64,000 nt of DNA. Origin: a virus (Duplodnaviria > Heunggongvirae > Uroviricota > Caudoviricetes). The stretch lies in IMG/VR virus record IMGVR_UViG_3300006153_000006; one strand, 5' to 3'. This document shows positions 9,422-20,129 of the stretch, piece by piece (within the stretch, counting starts at the first letter, position 1; each line of letters begins with the position of its first letter). The position numbers were made by a program, and so were the translations under genes. A model generated the notes under the pieces. That model worked only from the letters and a program-made list of their open reading frames with translations. It ran no database searches and was not told the DNA's origin.

Positions 9422-9981
9422 TCCATGACCTCCGCCATTGTCATCTGATGTGCGCCGTTCTGCCCCACCAGCCAATCAACGACCCTGGCGCGAAGCCCGG
9501 AAAGGCTGCCATCATTCTGAATAAAGCAGTCGGGTGCAACACCGTCCAGAGCTGTCTCGGAGGGATGCTGCTGCTGTTCTTTGGTGAGAGGGCTCTTGAA
9601 GCCGGGGCGTATGACGCGAATATGGGTCACATCAAAGCCGTGTGACTTCAGATACCCGATCTCGTTGGGGAAGCGGCAGTCTGGAATAAGCACATAATCC
9701 CATTCGTCCGGGAACATGGCGAGTATGTTGGCGACAAACTCCACCCACTGGTCTGGGTTTTTCTCCCGGATAATATCGGTGCCCACATACTGGAGGAGGT
9801 GGCGTCCGTATTCGTCTTTGTTTCCATCCCACCCAAAGAATGTACGGCAGATATATTTCAGCAGGTCGGCGTAGTGCGCCACAAGGACTTTGTAGCCGTC
9901 TGACTGGAGAGCTTCCTTCATCATACCGGCAGTCGTATCCTTGCCATGCTGTGCCTTTCCTGAGATACAAATTACCTTCAT
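9418..9981 (-). CDS. P-loop deoxynucleoside monophosphate kinase-like
   Basis: ISGKAQHGKDT Walker A; phage dNMP-kinase-like size and context. Confidence 0.5.
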   Translation of the reverse strand: MKVICISGKAQHGKDTTAGMMKEALQSDGYKVLVAHYADLLKYICRTFFGWDGNKDEYGRHLLQYVGTDIIREKNPDQWVEFVANILAMFPDEWDYVLIPDCRFPNEIGYLKSHGFDVTHIRVIRPGFKSPLTKEQQQHPSETALDGVAPDCFIQNDGSLSGLRARVVDWLVGQNGAHQMTMAEVME

Positions 9982-10643
9982 ATCTCCACCTCGATATCGT
10001 CAAAGACAACGGGGATGGCTTCTTGAAACGCCCGGAGAACAGGGATAGCTATCTCCCGCATCTGCGGATGCGCGGCCTTGTCCGTCCTCAGCTTGAAGAA
10101 ATGCCTCCACTCTCTCAGGTTCATGGTCACAACGATTTCTGTCTTGGTTGAGTTGTTCAGAACGGAACGGGCGATCTGCGGGGTCGCGCCAAGTTCAAGC
10201 AGATTGAAATAGTGCTTCTCCGCATCCTCGCAGGCGATGAGCCACTCCTGCATGATTTTCCCGACAGTGTTGGAATCCATCAGACGTATTTTACTGTCAA
10301 ATGACAGGCCGCCGCCGATGTTGGAATATGTAACAGAGTTCCCAAACTTGTCCTTTGAGTAATTGCAATAGCGTGTACTCTCCTGAGCGTAGCTCGCCAT
10401 ACGGTGACGAACGATCTCATGAGAAACGCCACGGTCTGTGACGAACCTTACAGAGACAGAGACGTGCTCGATCATCGCCTCATGTCCTCGCTCGATCAGA
10501 TTTGCCACAAAGCGGCGTGCGGAGCCATCTGTGATCTTGTCCTCGCTTTTGTAGCAGGTTCTGCCCACCGTTTCGATAGACTTCAATATCTCCTCCCCGT
10601 CGATGGGAGTAAGGATCTCGAAGCTCGGGTCTATGATTTTCAT
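9978..10643 (-). CDS. thyX: Flavin-dependent thymidylate synthase
   Basis: RHRMASYAQESTRY is the ThyX signature (RHRx7-8S). Confidence 0.85.
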   Translation of the reverse strand: MKIIDPSFEILTPIDGEEILKSIETVGRTCYKSEDKITDGSARRFVANLIERGHEAMIEHVSVSVRFVTDRGVSHEIVRHRMASYAQESTRYCNYSKDKFGNSVTYSNIGGGLSFDSKIRLMDSNTVGKIMQEWLIACEDAEKHYFNLLELGATPQIARSVLNNSTKTEIVVTMNLREWRHFFKLRTDKAAHPQMREIAIPVLRAFQEAIPVVFDDIEVEI

Positions 10644-10671
10644 TTGCTTCCTCGCTTTCAAGTCATGCCGT

Positions 10672-11277
10672 TCAGTAACAGAACACATGACCGCCAATTT
10701 TTTCGTATGTCTGCCTGTCCCTGAAGCCGGATCTACTGAAAAACAGAACATCCTTATCAAGCACAGTCTCACTCTCGTTCAGCACCTGCCTGATAGCCTC
10801 ATAGACCTGTTCTGTTGGCTCTGCGATAGAGCGGTTTGGCCAAGTGGAAAACTGTCCATCCTGTGATAGAACCTCATAGATGGTATCCGGAAACCGGTCA
10901 TGAAGCACCCGGTTGAAGATGACCTCAACAACTGCCTTTTGCCCGGTCAACGACTGGTTACCGGACTCAAGCCATGTAATCTGTGCCACAAGGTCGATCT
11001 CGTCCTGGGTGATAGACTCGGCGACAGACTGGTAGTATGGCTTGCAGTCGGTCTCCTTCTCCACCTCAACATACACTGTCTCAATGATCGGGTCTTGGGG
11101 GACTTCTATGTATACGGTCTCCGGTTCCTTCGGCAGAGACCAAGCGTATACGCCGAGGATCACTACCGTAAGACCGAGAATGATGTTTATCATGTATGAT
11201 AGCTTCTTTTTTTTCACGCTGCTTATCCTCTCTATATCAATGGTAGGCGAATACCGGGCGGCACCCGCCTCCCACAT
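10672..11277 (-). CDS. SleB-like cell-wall hydrolase with N-terminal membrane anchor
   Basis: AVVEVIFNRV ... YEVLSQDGQFSTW pattern of the Hydrolase_2/SleB domain; N-terminal TM helix. Confidence 0.55.
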   Translation of the reverse strand: MWEAGAARYSPTIDIERISSVKKKKLSYMINIILGLTVVILGVYAWSLPKEPETVYIEVPQDPIIETVYVEVEKETDCKPYYQSVAESITQDEIDLVAQITWLESGNQSLTGQKAVVEVIFNRVLHDRFPDTIYEVLSQDGQFSTWPNRSIAEPTEQVYEAIRQVLNESETVLDKDVLFFSRSGFRDRQTYEKIGGHVFCY

Positions 11278-11280
11278 GGT

Positions 11281-11856
11281 TTATTCTTTTCGTTCTGTCA
11301 TGCCGATGAGCATCTCGTCAAGCCCGGGCGTTGGCTCAAACTCGCCGTCAGAACGTCTTGTGACGATCACATTCCTACGCTTTGGCAGCTTCCCAAGGAG
11401 AGCTTTTCCCGGCATGGCCGACACAAACATTCTTTGAAGGCTGTGTGCGCCGGTATTGATACAAAAGCCTGTGTCTTTGAGCTTCAGCTCGTTCTTACTT
11501 GCCGAATGCTCCACCACAAAGACAGACCCTCCGGAAACGACAAGCATTCCAGGCTGATAGCACCGGACTCCCACTCCATACTGTTCGTGGAGAACGATCG
11601 GCCTTGCGTCATAGATCTCAATGCCCGTAGTCTGCTCGATCATATAGATGTCAAAGCCGCGAAACCTTACCACGTTTTGACTGCCGTTGTAGTAATAGAA
11701 CTTTTCAAGCACGCCCTGGCAAAGAGCCTCAGAAACCATCCACGTGTGCATCTGTGGCGTGACAGCGATACCGACATCTATTCCGCAGTTCGCCAGGATA
11801 GTAGCCATCTCTGCGGCTTTTTCAAGCAGCATGAGACTTGCGCTTTCACGGATCAT
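11281..11856 (-). CDS. Hypothetical protein
   Basis: 191 aa ORF; no motif recognised. Confidence 0.35.
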   Translation of the reverse strand: MIRESASLMLLEKAAEMATILANCGIDVGIAVTPQMHTWMVSEALCQGVLEKFYYYNGSQNVVRFRGFDIYMIEQTTGIEIYDARPIVLHEQYGVGVRCYQPGMLVVSGGSVFVVEHSASKNELKLKDTGFCINTGAHSLQRMFVSAMPGKALLGKLPKRRNVIVTRRSDGEFEPTPGLDEMLIGMTERKE

Positions 11857-11859
11857 ATC

Positions 11860-12192
11860 TCACTCACCTCCAACGACCGGGGATACCTCGCAGTTATCGA
11901 CGATACCGTCGAAACAGTTACAGCAAAGGCGAAGGTCTATCTCTTCCGTGTCATGTACGCTCCCATATCCGACACGGGTATGTATGTGGAAGTTCTCCTG
12001 TATGTCGAACTCGTCGAGCGGTTTCCCACAACAGTTGCATACTGGATACGAACTCACCATGGCTCCATCAATCATGTCTGCTATGATTTGCTTCTGTTCT
12101 TCTGTCAGGTTTCGCCACACGTCCGGAAGTTCGCTCAAAACGTCTCTCACATTCTTTGGCAAATGAAACACCCCCTTCTTTACCAAAGTCAA
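11860..12192 (-). CDS. Zinc-ribbon protein
   Basis: CNCCG ... CCNC Cys pairs. Confidence 0.35.
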   Translation of the reverse strand: MTLVKKGVFHLPKNVRDVLSELPDVWRNLTEEQKQIIADMIDGAMVSSYPVCNCCGKPLDEFDIQENFHIHTRVGYGSVHDTEEIDLRLCCNCFDGIVDNCEVSPVVGGE

Positions 12193-12204
12193 GTTTGGTA
12201 CGCA

Positions 12205-12525
12205 TTATTCTGTGGCCGGCGTATCGGGCGTTTCCGGGATCTCCGGAGTGACGGGGGTATCGGGCGTTGCAGGCGTATCGGGTGTGGCGGGGTCAGACGG
12301 AGTGAGGAACGCTTCGACCTCGTCTGCGCAGTCCATGCACAGCTCCTTCATCCAGACGATGTCGCTGGGCTTCTTGTCGATGGGATAGCGCCGATTGTCG
12401 ATCTTATCATCGTCATCGCCGCCACGGCACACGGGCCCGAACATCGGGCGGGTACATTTGACCGTCCGAACCTGCTCCGGCTTCTCGATGATCTTCTTGC
12501 ACCTGTCACAAATCGTACACTTCAT
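12205..12525 (-). CDS. Zinc-finger protein with C-terminal Pro/Thr repeat tail
   Basis: CxxC pairs followed by (TPDTPA)n encoded by GGCGTATCGGG-type tandem DNA repeats at 12210-12300. Confidence 0.35.
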   Translation of the reverse strand: MKCTICDRCKKIIEKPEQVRTVKCTRPMFGPVCRGGDDDDKIDNRRYPIDKKPSDIVWMKELCMDCADEVEAFLTPSDPATPDTPATPDTPVTPEIPETPDTPATE

Positions 12526-12540
12526 ACTGTTTACCTTCTT

Positions 12541-15500
12541 TCAAATTATTTTGTCATAGGAGTAGAGATTGAAGTATTGGCCATTCCGCTTGTATTCACG
12601 GCAGTAAATGATGTCGTCCTTGTTGATGGGAGACTTCATATATGTGGTCTTGAAAACGGTGAACCTCGCTTCTATCCCGCTTCCTATTGACTTTGTATAA
12701 ATGTTGTATCCAAAGATGGAGTTATCCGCCTTCCTGCGGGCAGGGTACACGTCCATCACATACAGCTTGCGGCGATCGCTGTCCTTGCCGGAGACATACC
12801 CGGCATACCCCATCGCTTCACAGAAATTTCTGACCTTGACCGTATCGCTAAAATCCTTCAGGTTCATGTCTCTGATGACCTCTTCCGTCTCACGGAGAAT
12901 AGACATGATATCCAGAAGCGTATAGCTCTTCGCTATACCGCCGGACTTTGTGACGCCGACGGCATATTTCTGAACGATACCCTCAAGCTTCGTTCCGTCC
13001 ACGGTCTCTTTCTTGATTTGCTTTGCGTCTCCGCCCTTGAACAGGTTAAAGATATTGAGCATCTTGAACAGGGCGTTCTGGTTCCCAAATTCAGAGAAGA
13101 AGTCGATCTGTATCAGTATCTCAAGCTGTCGTGAGTTGAGACTGCTTTGATGCTCGATGTCGTACAGAAGATCCATGAAGTATGTATAGTCCTTTTTCTT
13201 GGACATCTCGTACAGCTCCTCCGCCACTGTTGAGTTCATGTACTTCACCGAGGCAAGACCCTTGGCGATCGTCCTCTTTTCCTCATCAAAGAAGTAACTG
13301 CTTCTTGACATACCCCACTTCGGCATGGTGACGGCGATGAGCCGCTTAGCCGCATACTTCGTTATCATGGAGGTCTTCTCTTTGTTGTCGCCAAAGATAT
13401 TTAAGGCGGCTGTCAGGAACTCAAGAGGATGGTAGTAGCGAAGATACCCGCAAATGTACCCGACTGCCGAATAGGCATCGGAGTGGTTCCATGAGAATGC
13501 GTAGGCTGAAGCGTCCAGAATGATTTGCAGGAACGGCTTGATGACCTCCCGGCATTTCTCCACGGTAATGTCGTAATGCTCAGACGAATATCTGACGAAC
13601 CGTTCCTCGATCTCAGGAAGGAGCTTCTCCGTTCCTTTCTTTTTGGCGATGGCTCGCCGAACCGTATCGGACTCCACGTTTGAATATCCGCAAAACTCCA
13701 CAAGGAAACGCATAATGGTCTCCTGCATGGCGATATGTCCAGCTTCCTTGGCGAGCAGGTCATTCAGTTCCCGGAAACCGTTATCGTAGAACTCGCCTCT
13801 TGCAACACTTTCCCGAAAGCTGGCGCAGGCAGGTCTCAGAACGCCGTTACCAAACGACATCCACTTTAGCATGGAGAAATCTGGCACCTTCTCATGGGCT
13901 ATGGCAAGCGTTCTGTCGGACATGAAATTTTTGAGGAACGCCTTTGCTGAGTCAGACTCCCACTGGAAGATCAGAGTTGGGTCATCACGGATACTCTTCC
14001 AGACCTCCATATCGTCAAGGTCTGTGTTGTCCGGGTTGAGCCGCTCTATCCCAAGAGTCTTGCAGGTTTCGTTGATAACGCCCAGGTTATCAAGGCCAAG
14101 CAGGTCGAGTTTCACATACATGAGCTCGTCCAGCTCTTTCATATTTATCATCGAGACCGGGTAGTCCGATGTGGAGACGCTGCAAAGCCCGACTGTCTGC
14201 GCGATTGGCAGGTCGCTGATGAGGACACCACTCGGATGAGTACCGATGGATACTACTGTTCCACGGACGATATCCACATATGAAAACAGTTCCTTGTATT
14301 TCGCCCTGATCCTTTCACGGTCAGCCTCGCTTTTGCTGTCGAGCGCTTTGTTGATCTCTGAGACCTCGCCAAGAGGAATGCCGAGGGCTCTCGCAACGTC
14401 TCTGACAGCGCCCTTTTCCTCTATCGTGTTGAAAGTGATGATCTCGGCGGACTGTACGTTTGGTAGGTTCATCCTGTCCCGCAACACAAATTGCTTGACC
14501 GTATCTCTGTCCTTCCCGGAGTAGTCTGTGTCGATGTCTGCATTTGTCACTCGGGATGGGTTCATAAAACGGAAAAAGTTGAGGTCAAACCGGAGACTGT
14601 CCATCTGCGTGATGCCCAACAGATAGGCCACCATACTTCCAGAGACCGAGCCACGCCCGTACCCGCTCTGGATGCCATGTTCTTTCTCCCATTCACGCAG
14701 ATATGTCTGAAGGAGCATGAAGTCAATGGACTTGGTCGCCTTATATACCTCGATTTCCTCCGAGACCACCTTGCGAAGACGCTCCTCCCCATGACGCCGC
14801 ATGGCATATGGATGACTCACCATGGCTGCCTCTATCTTCTCTTCAAAGGTCTTTTCCGGGTCATCGTAGATATGCGGATACTTTGTGCTTTTATCGAGCT
14901 CAAAGGGTTCTACCATATCGGCCATCCGGTTTGTGTTCTCTATGGCCTCCAGGTACACATCAGCGCTTAACGCGCCCTGGTTCTCATAGGCTTCCACAAG
15001 CTGCTCATAGCTCTTGAACTTCAGATCCCACTTGTCTTCATCCGGAAAGTTGATGTTCTTGGCCTTTTGCAGGATTGAACGGCCCCTCTCATGCTCCTCG
15101 TTCAAAACGTGCGTATCCGTCCCCGCTATGAGTGGGATGCCTGTATCCTGACTGAGTGCGGAAAGCCTTTGATTGTAAACGGCCTGCCGTTGCTCCATGT
15201 GATGCCCGATCTCAAGGAAACACCTGTGCTTGTTCTTTTTCAGAAATTCGAGGAATTTTTCTTGTACATAGCCGTTTGCCTTGGCCAACACGCCACCGAT
15301 ACAGGCGGTAGTGATGAGAATGTTGTCAGACGTTCCGAAAAGCTCCTGAAATGAAATTCTTGGGACATAGTAGAAATGGTTGTCTTTCCTGTTGAAACTG
15401 TCAGACACCAACTGGTTCAGCTCCAAAAAACCATCGTAGTTTTTGGCGATCAGAACGCAGTGGTAGTTGTCTCTTATCTTCTCGTCCAGGCTTTCCGTAA

Positions 15501-15744
15501 GATAAGCTTCAACGGCATGAATATACTTCATCCCCGCGCCTTCTATCGCCGTCTTCTTGTGAAACCACTCCATCACGCTCCCGTGCTCGCTAAAAGCCAT
15601 GGCTTTCATGCCATACGATTTGGCCAACTCGACGTATTCGGCAAAGTCTGTAACGCTGTCGATGTTTGTTACAGCGTTACTCAGCTGAGAGTGCAGATGG
15701 TAGACCGTATAGTTCTTATCCACGCAGCACAAACCTCCTTTCAT
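12541..15744 (-). CDS. DNA polymerase III alpha-type replicative polymerase (PHP domain)
   Basis: More than 1000 aa; N-terminal PHP histidines (YHLHSQLS ... HGS) and polymerase core. Confidence 0.85.
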   Translation of the reverse strand: MKGGLCCVDKNYTVYHLHSQLSNAVTNIDSVTDFAEYVELAKSYGMKAMAFSEHGSVMEWFHKKTAIEGAGMKYIHAVEAYLTESLDEKIRDNYHCVLIAKNYDGFLELNQLVSDSFNRKDNHFYYVPRISFQELFGTSDNILITTACIGGVLAKANGYVQEKFLEFLKKNKHRCFLEIGHHMEQRQAVYNQRLSALSQDTGIPLIAGTDTHVLNEEHERGRSILQKAKNINFPDEDKWDLKFKSYEQLVEAYENQGALSADVYLEAIENTNRMADMVEPFELDKSTKYPHIYDDPEKTFEEKIEAAMVSHPYAMRRHGEERLRKVVSEEIEVYKATKSIDFMLLQTYLREWEKEHGIQSGYGRGSVSGSMVAYLLGITQMDSLRFDLNFFRFMNPSRVTNADIDTDYSGKDRDTVKQFVLRDRMNLPNVQSAEIITFNTIEEKGAVRDVARALGIPLGEVSEINKALDSKSEADRERIRAKYKELFSYVDIVRGTVVSIGTHPSGVLISDLPIAQTVGLCSVSTSDYPVSMINMKELDELMYVKLDLLGLDNLGVINETCKTLGIERLNPDNTDLDDMEVWKSIRDDPTLIFQWESDSAKAFLKNFMSDRTLAIAHEKVPDFSMLKWMSFGNGVLRPACASFRESVARGEFYDNGFRELNDLLAKEAGHIAMQETIMRFLVEFCGYSNVESDTVRRAIAKKKGTEKLLPEIEERFVRYSSEHYDITVEKCREVIKPFLQIILDASAYAFSWNHSDAYSAVGYICGYLRYYHPLEFLTAALNIFGDNKEKTSMITKYAAKRLIAVTMPKWGMSRSSYFFDEEKRTIAKGLASVKYMNSTVAEELYEMSKKKDYTYFMDLLYDIEHQSSLNSRQLEILIQIDFFSEFGNQNALFKMLNIFNLFKGGDAKQIKKETVDGTKLEGIVQKYAVGVTKSGGIAKSYTLLDIMSILRETEEVIRDMNLKDFSDTVKVRNFCEAMGYAGYVSGKDSDRRKLYVMDVYPARRKADNSIFGYNIYTKSIGSGIEARFTVFKTTYMKSPINKDDIIYCREYKRNGQYFNLYSYDKII

Positions 15745-16699
15745 ACAATTTCTTCCACACATCCTCACCCGCATCCACCGGGCTCATCTTCTCCTCCAGC
15801 AGATCGTCCTTGTCAAAGATGTATTCCACCTCGACATAACGTTTTAGTCGTTGGATATTGTCGTCCTCGCGGATATCCACCCCTTTATCGAGGGCAAAGA
15901 CGACCTTACAGCCAAGCTTGACGAGTATTTTCAACTGGTACGGGTTTAGGTGAGACGTCAAAATGGCTCCTGTATTCCTGATACCCCAGGAATCCGCCTT
16001 CATAACCGACTTTGCGCCCTCAAACAGGATGATTTCGTTGCTTGCGGTCACAAAACTGCGGTTATCTGACAGCCCGTAGATGGTATCGAGGATGCCGAGG
16101 GGCTTAAAGTAGGTGTACTTACGCAGTCCCTTCTCTTTCCAGCGCTTGTCGATGGTTCTTCCGGACACATTGATGATCTTCCCGTCCAAATTTCGGATAG
16201 GGTACACAATCCTGTCTGAAAAATCATCGTAAGCCACTGAAAAACGCTTCATTGAGTCATCGGAAATACCTTCTTCCCGCCAAAGCGAGAGCTTTTCTGC
16301 GTCCCAACGGTATCGGTTCATGTAGTTGTCTGGCAAAATCTCCGCTTTTGAGGTTTTGTTGTGCTTTTTCTTCGGCGCAAACCGCTGAGCGACCCTCGTT
16401 GCTTCCATTTTGCGCTTTACCTCACGAACCCCCTTCTCCCCGGCGTATTGGCGGAGAATGTCTGCCGCTTTCGAGTCACTACAATGGTTGTAGGCCTTGA
16501 TAAACGACAGAACATTCCCACCTTTGCCGGACGAGAAGTCGTAGAACCGATTTATCTCTGTGTTGACGGAGAAAGATGGCGTCTCCTCCTGCTTCAGTGG
16601 GGACAAAGCCCAATATTCACCGTTCTTTTCCTCAAACTCTGTGAACTGAGATATGTATTCAAGGATGTCAACGGAGTCGATCAACTCAGAGAGCGTCAT
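15716..16699 (-). CDS. DnaG-like DNA primase
   Basis: N-terminal zinc-binding-like region and a Toprim-like core; positioned between the helicase and the polymerase. Confidence 0.6.
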   Translation of the reverse strand: MTLSELIDSVDILEYISQFTEFEEKNGEYWALSPLKQEETPSFSVNTEINRFYDFSSGKGGNVLSFIKAYNHCSDSKAADILRQYAGEKGVREVKRKMEATRVAQRFAPKKKHNKTSKAEILPDNYMNRYRWDAEKLSLWREEGISDDSMKRFSVAYDDFSDRIVYPIRNLDGKIINVSGRTIDKRWKEKGLRKYTYFKPLGILDTIYGLSDNRSFVTASNEIILFEGAKSVMKADSWGIRNTGAILTSHLNPYQLKILVKLGCKVVFALDKGVDIREDDNIQRLKRYVEVEYIFDKDDLLEEKMSPVDAGEDVWKKLYERRFVLRG

Positions 16700-16738
16700 T
16701 ATTCCACCGCCTTCTCATTATTTAATTATCTTGACTGC

Positions 16739-18082
16739 TCAATATGGTGTCTGTGGGATGTGCTGCCTGGCTTCCTCATAGGAGATCAGGTTCCCGTTGA
16801 ACTGAAGGTCTATGTATTCGCCCTGTGCCATCTGCATACCGTTTCTGTTTAGCACAACCTTGAGCTTTTTGTTACCGCACTCGATTCCGTCAGCCTCGAT
16901 CTCCTCCGGGGTTTTATCCTGTATCATGGCGATTGTAGAAGCGTTACGCCCGATCTTGGCGCTGTCCGCCACCTTGCCGCTGACCGTCGCTTGTGCGGCT
17001 CCAAGACCTGCAATGTTCATATCTCCACAGATCTGGTTCTTAATCATATCCACAAACCGTCCCAACTCCTGGTAGCTGTCAAAGGCGTCACCTTCTGACG
17101 AGCCTTTGAAGTAGTCAACGATCAATACATCGATCCCCTGTGTGTGATTGACCTTCTTGATGGCTGTGTATATGGTCTGTTGGTCAAACATCGGCATATA
17201 AACATGGGTAAATGCCCTTGTCTTGAGCCATTCCTTCTGCTCCTCGATCTTGGCTGCCTCTTCTTTGGTGTAGACGCCGGATGTAAGCCGTTTGAACTCT
17301 ATCCCGGTCAAGTGGGACAGGATTCGTGCGGTGAACAGCCTTGAGTTCAATTCACTGTCAAGATACAAAACCTTGACACCGTGACGCAGCAAGTCTACCG
17401 CGCAGTTGAGCAGCATCATGCTCTTTCCCTGCTTTGCTTCGGCTGCAAAGATGAATAATTCTCCTCTTTCCAGCGTCGCATACTGGTTAAGCGACGGAAA
17501 TTTGAACGGGATACCAGAGAACCCGTCACCCTGTCTGGACTTTACCTGCTCCCAGCAGTCGTCCACGATCTCCGCATAGGGTGGCACCTCATTGGCGGTG
17601 GAAAACTCCACCATGACATCATCCAGAGCCGCATAGATCTTCTGCTCAAGGTCACCCTTGTTTGGGTGCAGGCACATGGCTTCACATTTGCGGAGGCGCT
17701 TCAGCACGTCTCGGCGCAGAGCGCAATCCAGAACGTTGCCGACCAGGATCTTATACTCCTCCACCGTCTGGCGGGCGATAGACTCGCTGTTTTCGATAAA
17801 CTCCTGCAACTCCTCTATCCTAAGTTCGTCCACAAGCTTTCTTGTAGCTTCAGACGATTCGAGAGAGCTGATGATGTTATAGGCGTCTATCGTTTCCACG
17901 CTTTTCTGGGCAAGATTGCTGATTGCCAAATACATACAGGCATTCTGCTTGTCTGTAAAATGGTTTGGCAGAAGGTTCTCCGAGTAGAACACAAACGATG
18001 GATTGTGAATCAGGGTGGCGATAAGGCCGGACTCGCTGGTGATGTTGCTGATCTCTCTTTCATCCATTGTAATACCGTTCAC
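16739..18082 (-). CDS. dnaB: DnaB-family replicative helicase
   Basis: Walker A AEAKQGKS; DnaB N- and C-domain architecture. Confidence 0.8.
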   Translation of the reverse strand: MNGITMDEREISNITSESGLIATLIHNPSFVFYSENLLPNHFTDKQNACMYLAISNLAQKSVETIDAYNIISSLESSEATRKLVDELRIEELQEFIENSESIARQTVEEYKILVGNVLDCALRRDVLKRLRKCEAMCLHPNKGDLEQKIYAALDDVMVEFSTANEVPPYAEIVDDCWEQVKSRQGDGFSGIPFKFPSLNQYATLERGELFIFAAEAKQGKSMMLLNCAVDLLRHGVKVLYLDSELNSRLFTARILSHLTGIEFKRLTSGVYTKEEAAKIEEQKEWLKTRAFTHVYMPMFDQQTIYTAIKKVNHTQGIDVLIVDYFKGSSEGDAFDSYQELGRFVDMIKNQICGDMNIAGLGAAQATVSGKVADSAKIGRNASTIAMIQDKTPEEIEADGIECGNKKLKVVLNRNGMQMAQGEYIDLQFNGNLISYEEARQHIPQTPY

Positions 18083-18870
18083 CTCCTTGACAGTTGGTAG
18101 TAATCACAATGGTCATTCATCTCACACAGGTATCTGCACTTGAAGTAGTCCATGTTCGGACGGAAGTTTTCCTCGTTTTCGATCTGGCAGACCATGTCGG
18201 AGACCCACCGAATTGCCTTGTCATAGTCCTGCTTTACAAATGGCTCTTCGATGAAAAGGTTGTTCCGGAAACAGTTGAAGCACAGCTTATGAGGGAAGAC
18301 TCCATATGTATCTCTAACGAAAGAGGAATAGACGTAGAGCTGGACAAGGTATTCATCCAGTTCTATGTCGGCCTTTGTCGGCGTTGCCCGGTGGCTTCGG
18401 GGCTTCAAAGTCCTGGACTTGTTGTCGATCACAAGAAGCCCGCCGTCCTTTGCGCGGTCTACCCGGTCAATATACCCCACAAACGGGATGTTCCCTACCG
18501 TGGTTTCGACCTTCTGCTCGACGGCCACCACTTCGTTTTCGCTGGGCTGTATACTCTTCAGATACTGAGAGCCGGCGACAAAGTAGTTTATAAACACCTT
18601 GTTGCTGGGCGCACGGCCCAGAACGTGGGTCTTGAAGCCCGTCAAATACTCGGTATGTATCTGCTCCGCTGTCTTTTCACCGGAGTAAAACGCCGCGATC
18701 AGCTCATGGACAAAGCTGCCGTAATCCGAGAAAAACATATTCTTTCTTTGTCCCTTCGGATACCTGATGTACTTGAGATACCATCTATATGGGCAATCTG
18801 TGAACGCCCTGATCCTGGAATAACTCCATGTCATATCCTGGATCAGCGGTTTATAACTCACGTCTCCCAT
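18079..18870 (-). CDS. PD-(D/E)XK nuclease, Cas4/RecB-like, with C-terminal Cys cluster
   Basis: 263 aa with a C-terminal Cys cluster (CFNCF, KCRYLC, HCDYY), consistent in size and position with a Cas4-like PD-(D/E)XK exonuclease. Confidence 0.6.
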   Translation of the reverse strand: MGDVSYKPLIQDMTWSYSRIRAFTDCPYRWYLKYIRYPKGQRKNMFFSDYGSFVHELIAAFYSGEKTAEQIHTEYLTGFKTHVLGRAPSNKVFINYFVAGSQYLKSIQPSENEVVAVEQKVETTVGNIPFVGYIDRVDRAKDGGLLVIDNKSRTLKPRSHRATPTKADIELDEYLVQLYVYSSFVRDTYGVFPHKLCFNCFRNNLFIEEPFVKQDYDKAIRWVSDMVCQIENEENFRPNMDYFKCRYLCEMNDHCDYYQLSRR

Positions 18871-18881
18871 ATTTTACCCTC

Positions 18882-19256
18882 TTAGAACGGGAGTTTCCGA
18901 TCCTCTTCGATCTCTCCACCGTCAACTTCGATCTCCGGTTCCGCCGGAATATGCTCGGGGCTGTCAACGTCATTCTCAAACGAAAAGACCTTGAAGTTGG
19001 TGTAGGTGACCTTTTTTTCCGCATTATACCGAGTGCTGACATCCACATCGCCCAACTTGATGCGGGCGCCTGCCGCCAGCTGGGCTGCCCTCTTAGCCGT
19101 TGCGGTACCCACGCACATCACGAATCCAGAAAAATCCTGCTCATACTCGCCGGTCTGCTTGTTCTTCCGGCTGACAGAGATGCGGAGCTTGGTAGAAGTA
19201 TCGTTTACGGGAGAAACCTCCCAAACCTTTGCAAATGAACCGCTGCGAAAACCCAT
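18882..19256 (-). CDS. ssb: Single-stranded DNA-binding protein
   Basis: OB-fold pattern with acidic C-terminal tail ending EEDRKLPF. Confidence 0.7.
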   Translation of the reverse strand: MGFRSGSFAKVWEVSPVNDTSTKLRISVSRKNKQTGEYEQDFSGFVMCVGTATAKRAAQLAAGARIKLGDVDVSTRYNAEKKVTYTNFKVFSFENDVDSPEHIPAEPEIEVDGGEIEEDRKLPF

Positions 19257-19257
19257 A

Positions 19258-19956
19258 TTAGACCCCTCCTGTAAATGTGTCCTTGAAGTCCTGCAAGAGC
19301 TTTGCGGCCAATGTGGACTCCTCGATATTAAAGTAGTTGCCGTCCTTGACGTACTTGCCGACGAACTTCTTGACGTCATCCGACTTACCGGGATTGGCGA
19401 TCAGGAAAGCCTTGACATTGGCGTCAAAGGCGTCGATGATCTCACTCGTTACCGCCTTGTCCTCTGCGGCAGAGGTCGCCCTCTGCTTACTGCGGAACTT
19501 GTCAGGATCATCGTCCGGCGTTGCGATATTGAAAAATTTGAGCAGGAAATACCGCATGGAGTAGCTGAGACCGGAGCCGAAGCTCTGCGAGCCGTCCTGC
19601 TGGTGGCCAACCAAGACCCAGGAAACCGCCACGCGTTCCTCCGGATTCTCGTTATTGACCCATGTAAACGTCATGTCGGCATTGGTCAGGATCTCGTTGA
19701 CGTTCTCCTCATAGATCTCGCCGGACTTCAGAACCTTTGTTTTCTTCGTGTTGTACGGCAAGACGCGCAGGCTTGCCGAATCAACGCTGGGGATCAGGCT
19801 CAGACCGTACTTGTCCATCAGACCGGATATCCTTGCCAAAATCTCATCCTCGCTGACATACTTATAGTTGTAGCCGGACTTGTTCTTCTGAATGACCTCG
19901 ACTTGCTTGCGGATCTTAGCCAGCTTCTGATAGATGTTCATAGCTTGTTCTGTCAT
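19258..19956 (-). CDS. ERF-family single-strand annealing recombinase
   Basis: N-terminal IYQKLAKIRKQV ... YKYVSEDEIL pattern of Erf proteins. Confidence 0.6.
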   Translation of the reverse strand: MTEQAMNIYQKLAKIRKQVEVIQKNKSGYNYKYVSEDEILARISGLMDKYGLSLIPSVDSASLRVLPYNTKKTKVLKSGEIYEENVNEILTNADMTFTWVNNENPEERVAVSWVLVGHQQDGSQSFGSGLSYSMRYFLLKFFNIATPDDDPDKFRSKQRATSAAEDKAVTSEIIDAFDANVKAFLIANPGKSDDVKKFVGKYVKDGNYFNIEESTLAAKLLQDFKDTFTGGV

Positions 19957-20129
19957 ATCACACCTCGTTTTCGTTAGATTTGTTTGTTGTAAGCGTCATA
20001 GGATACTAAGGTGGACTCATACAAAACCCTCCTGTTCAATAGATTGGCATATTCAAAACCGTCATAACGGCGGATTGCCATCGATTTTTGGGCGTGAAAA
20101 AGCACCCAGCCGAAACCGGGTGCTTTCTA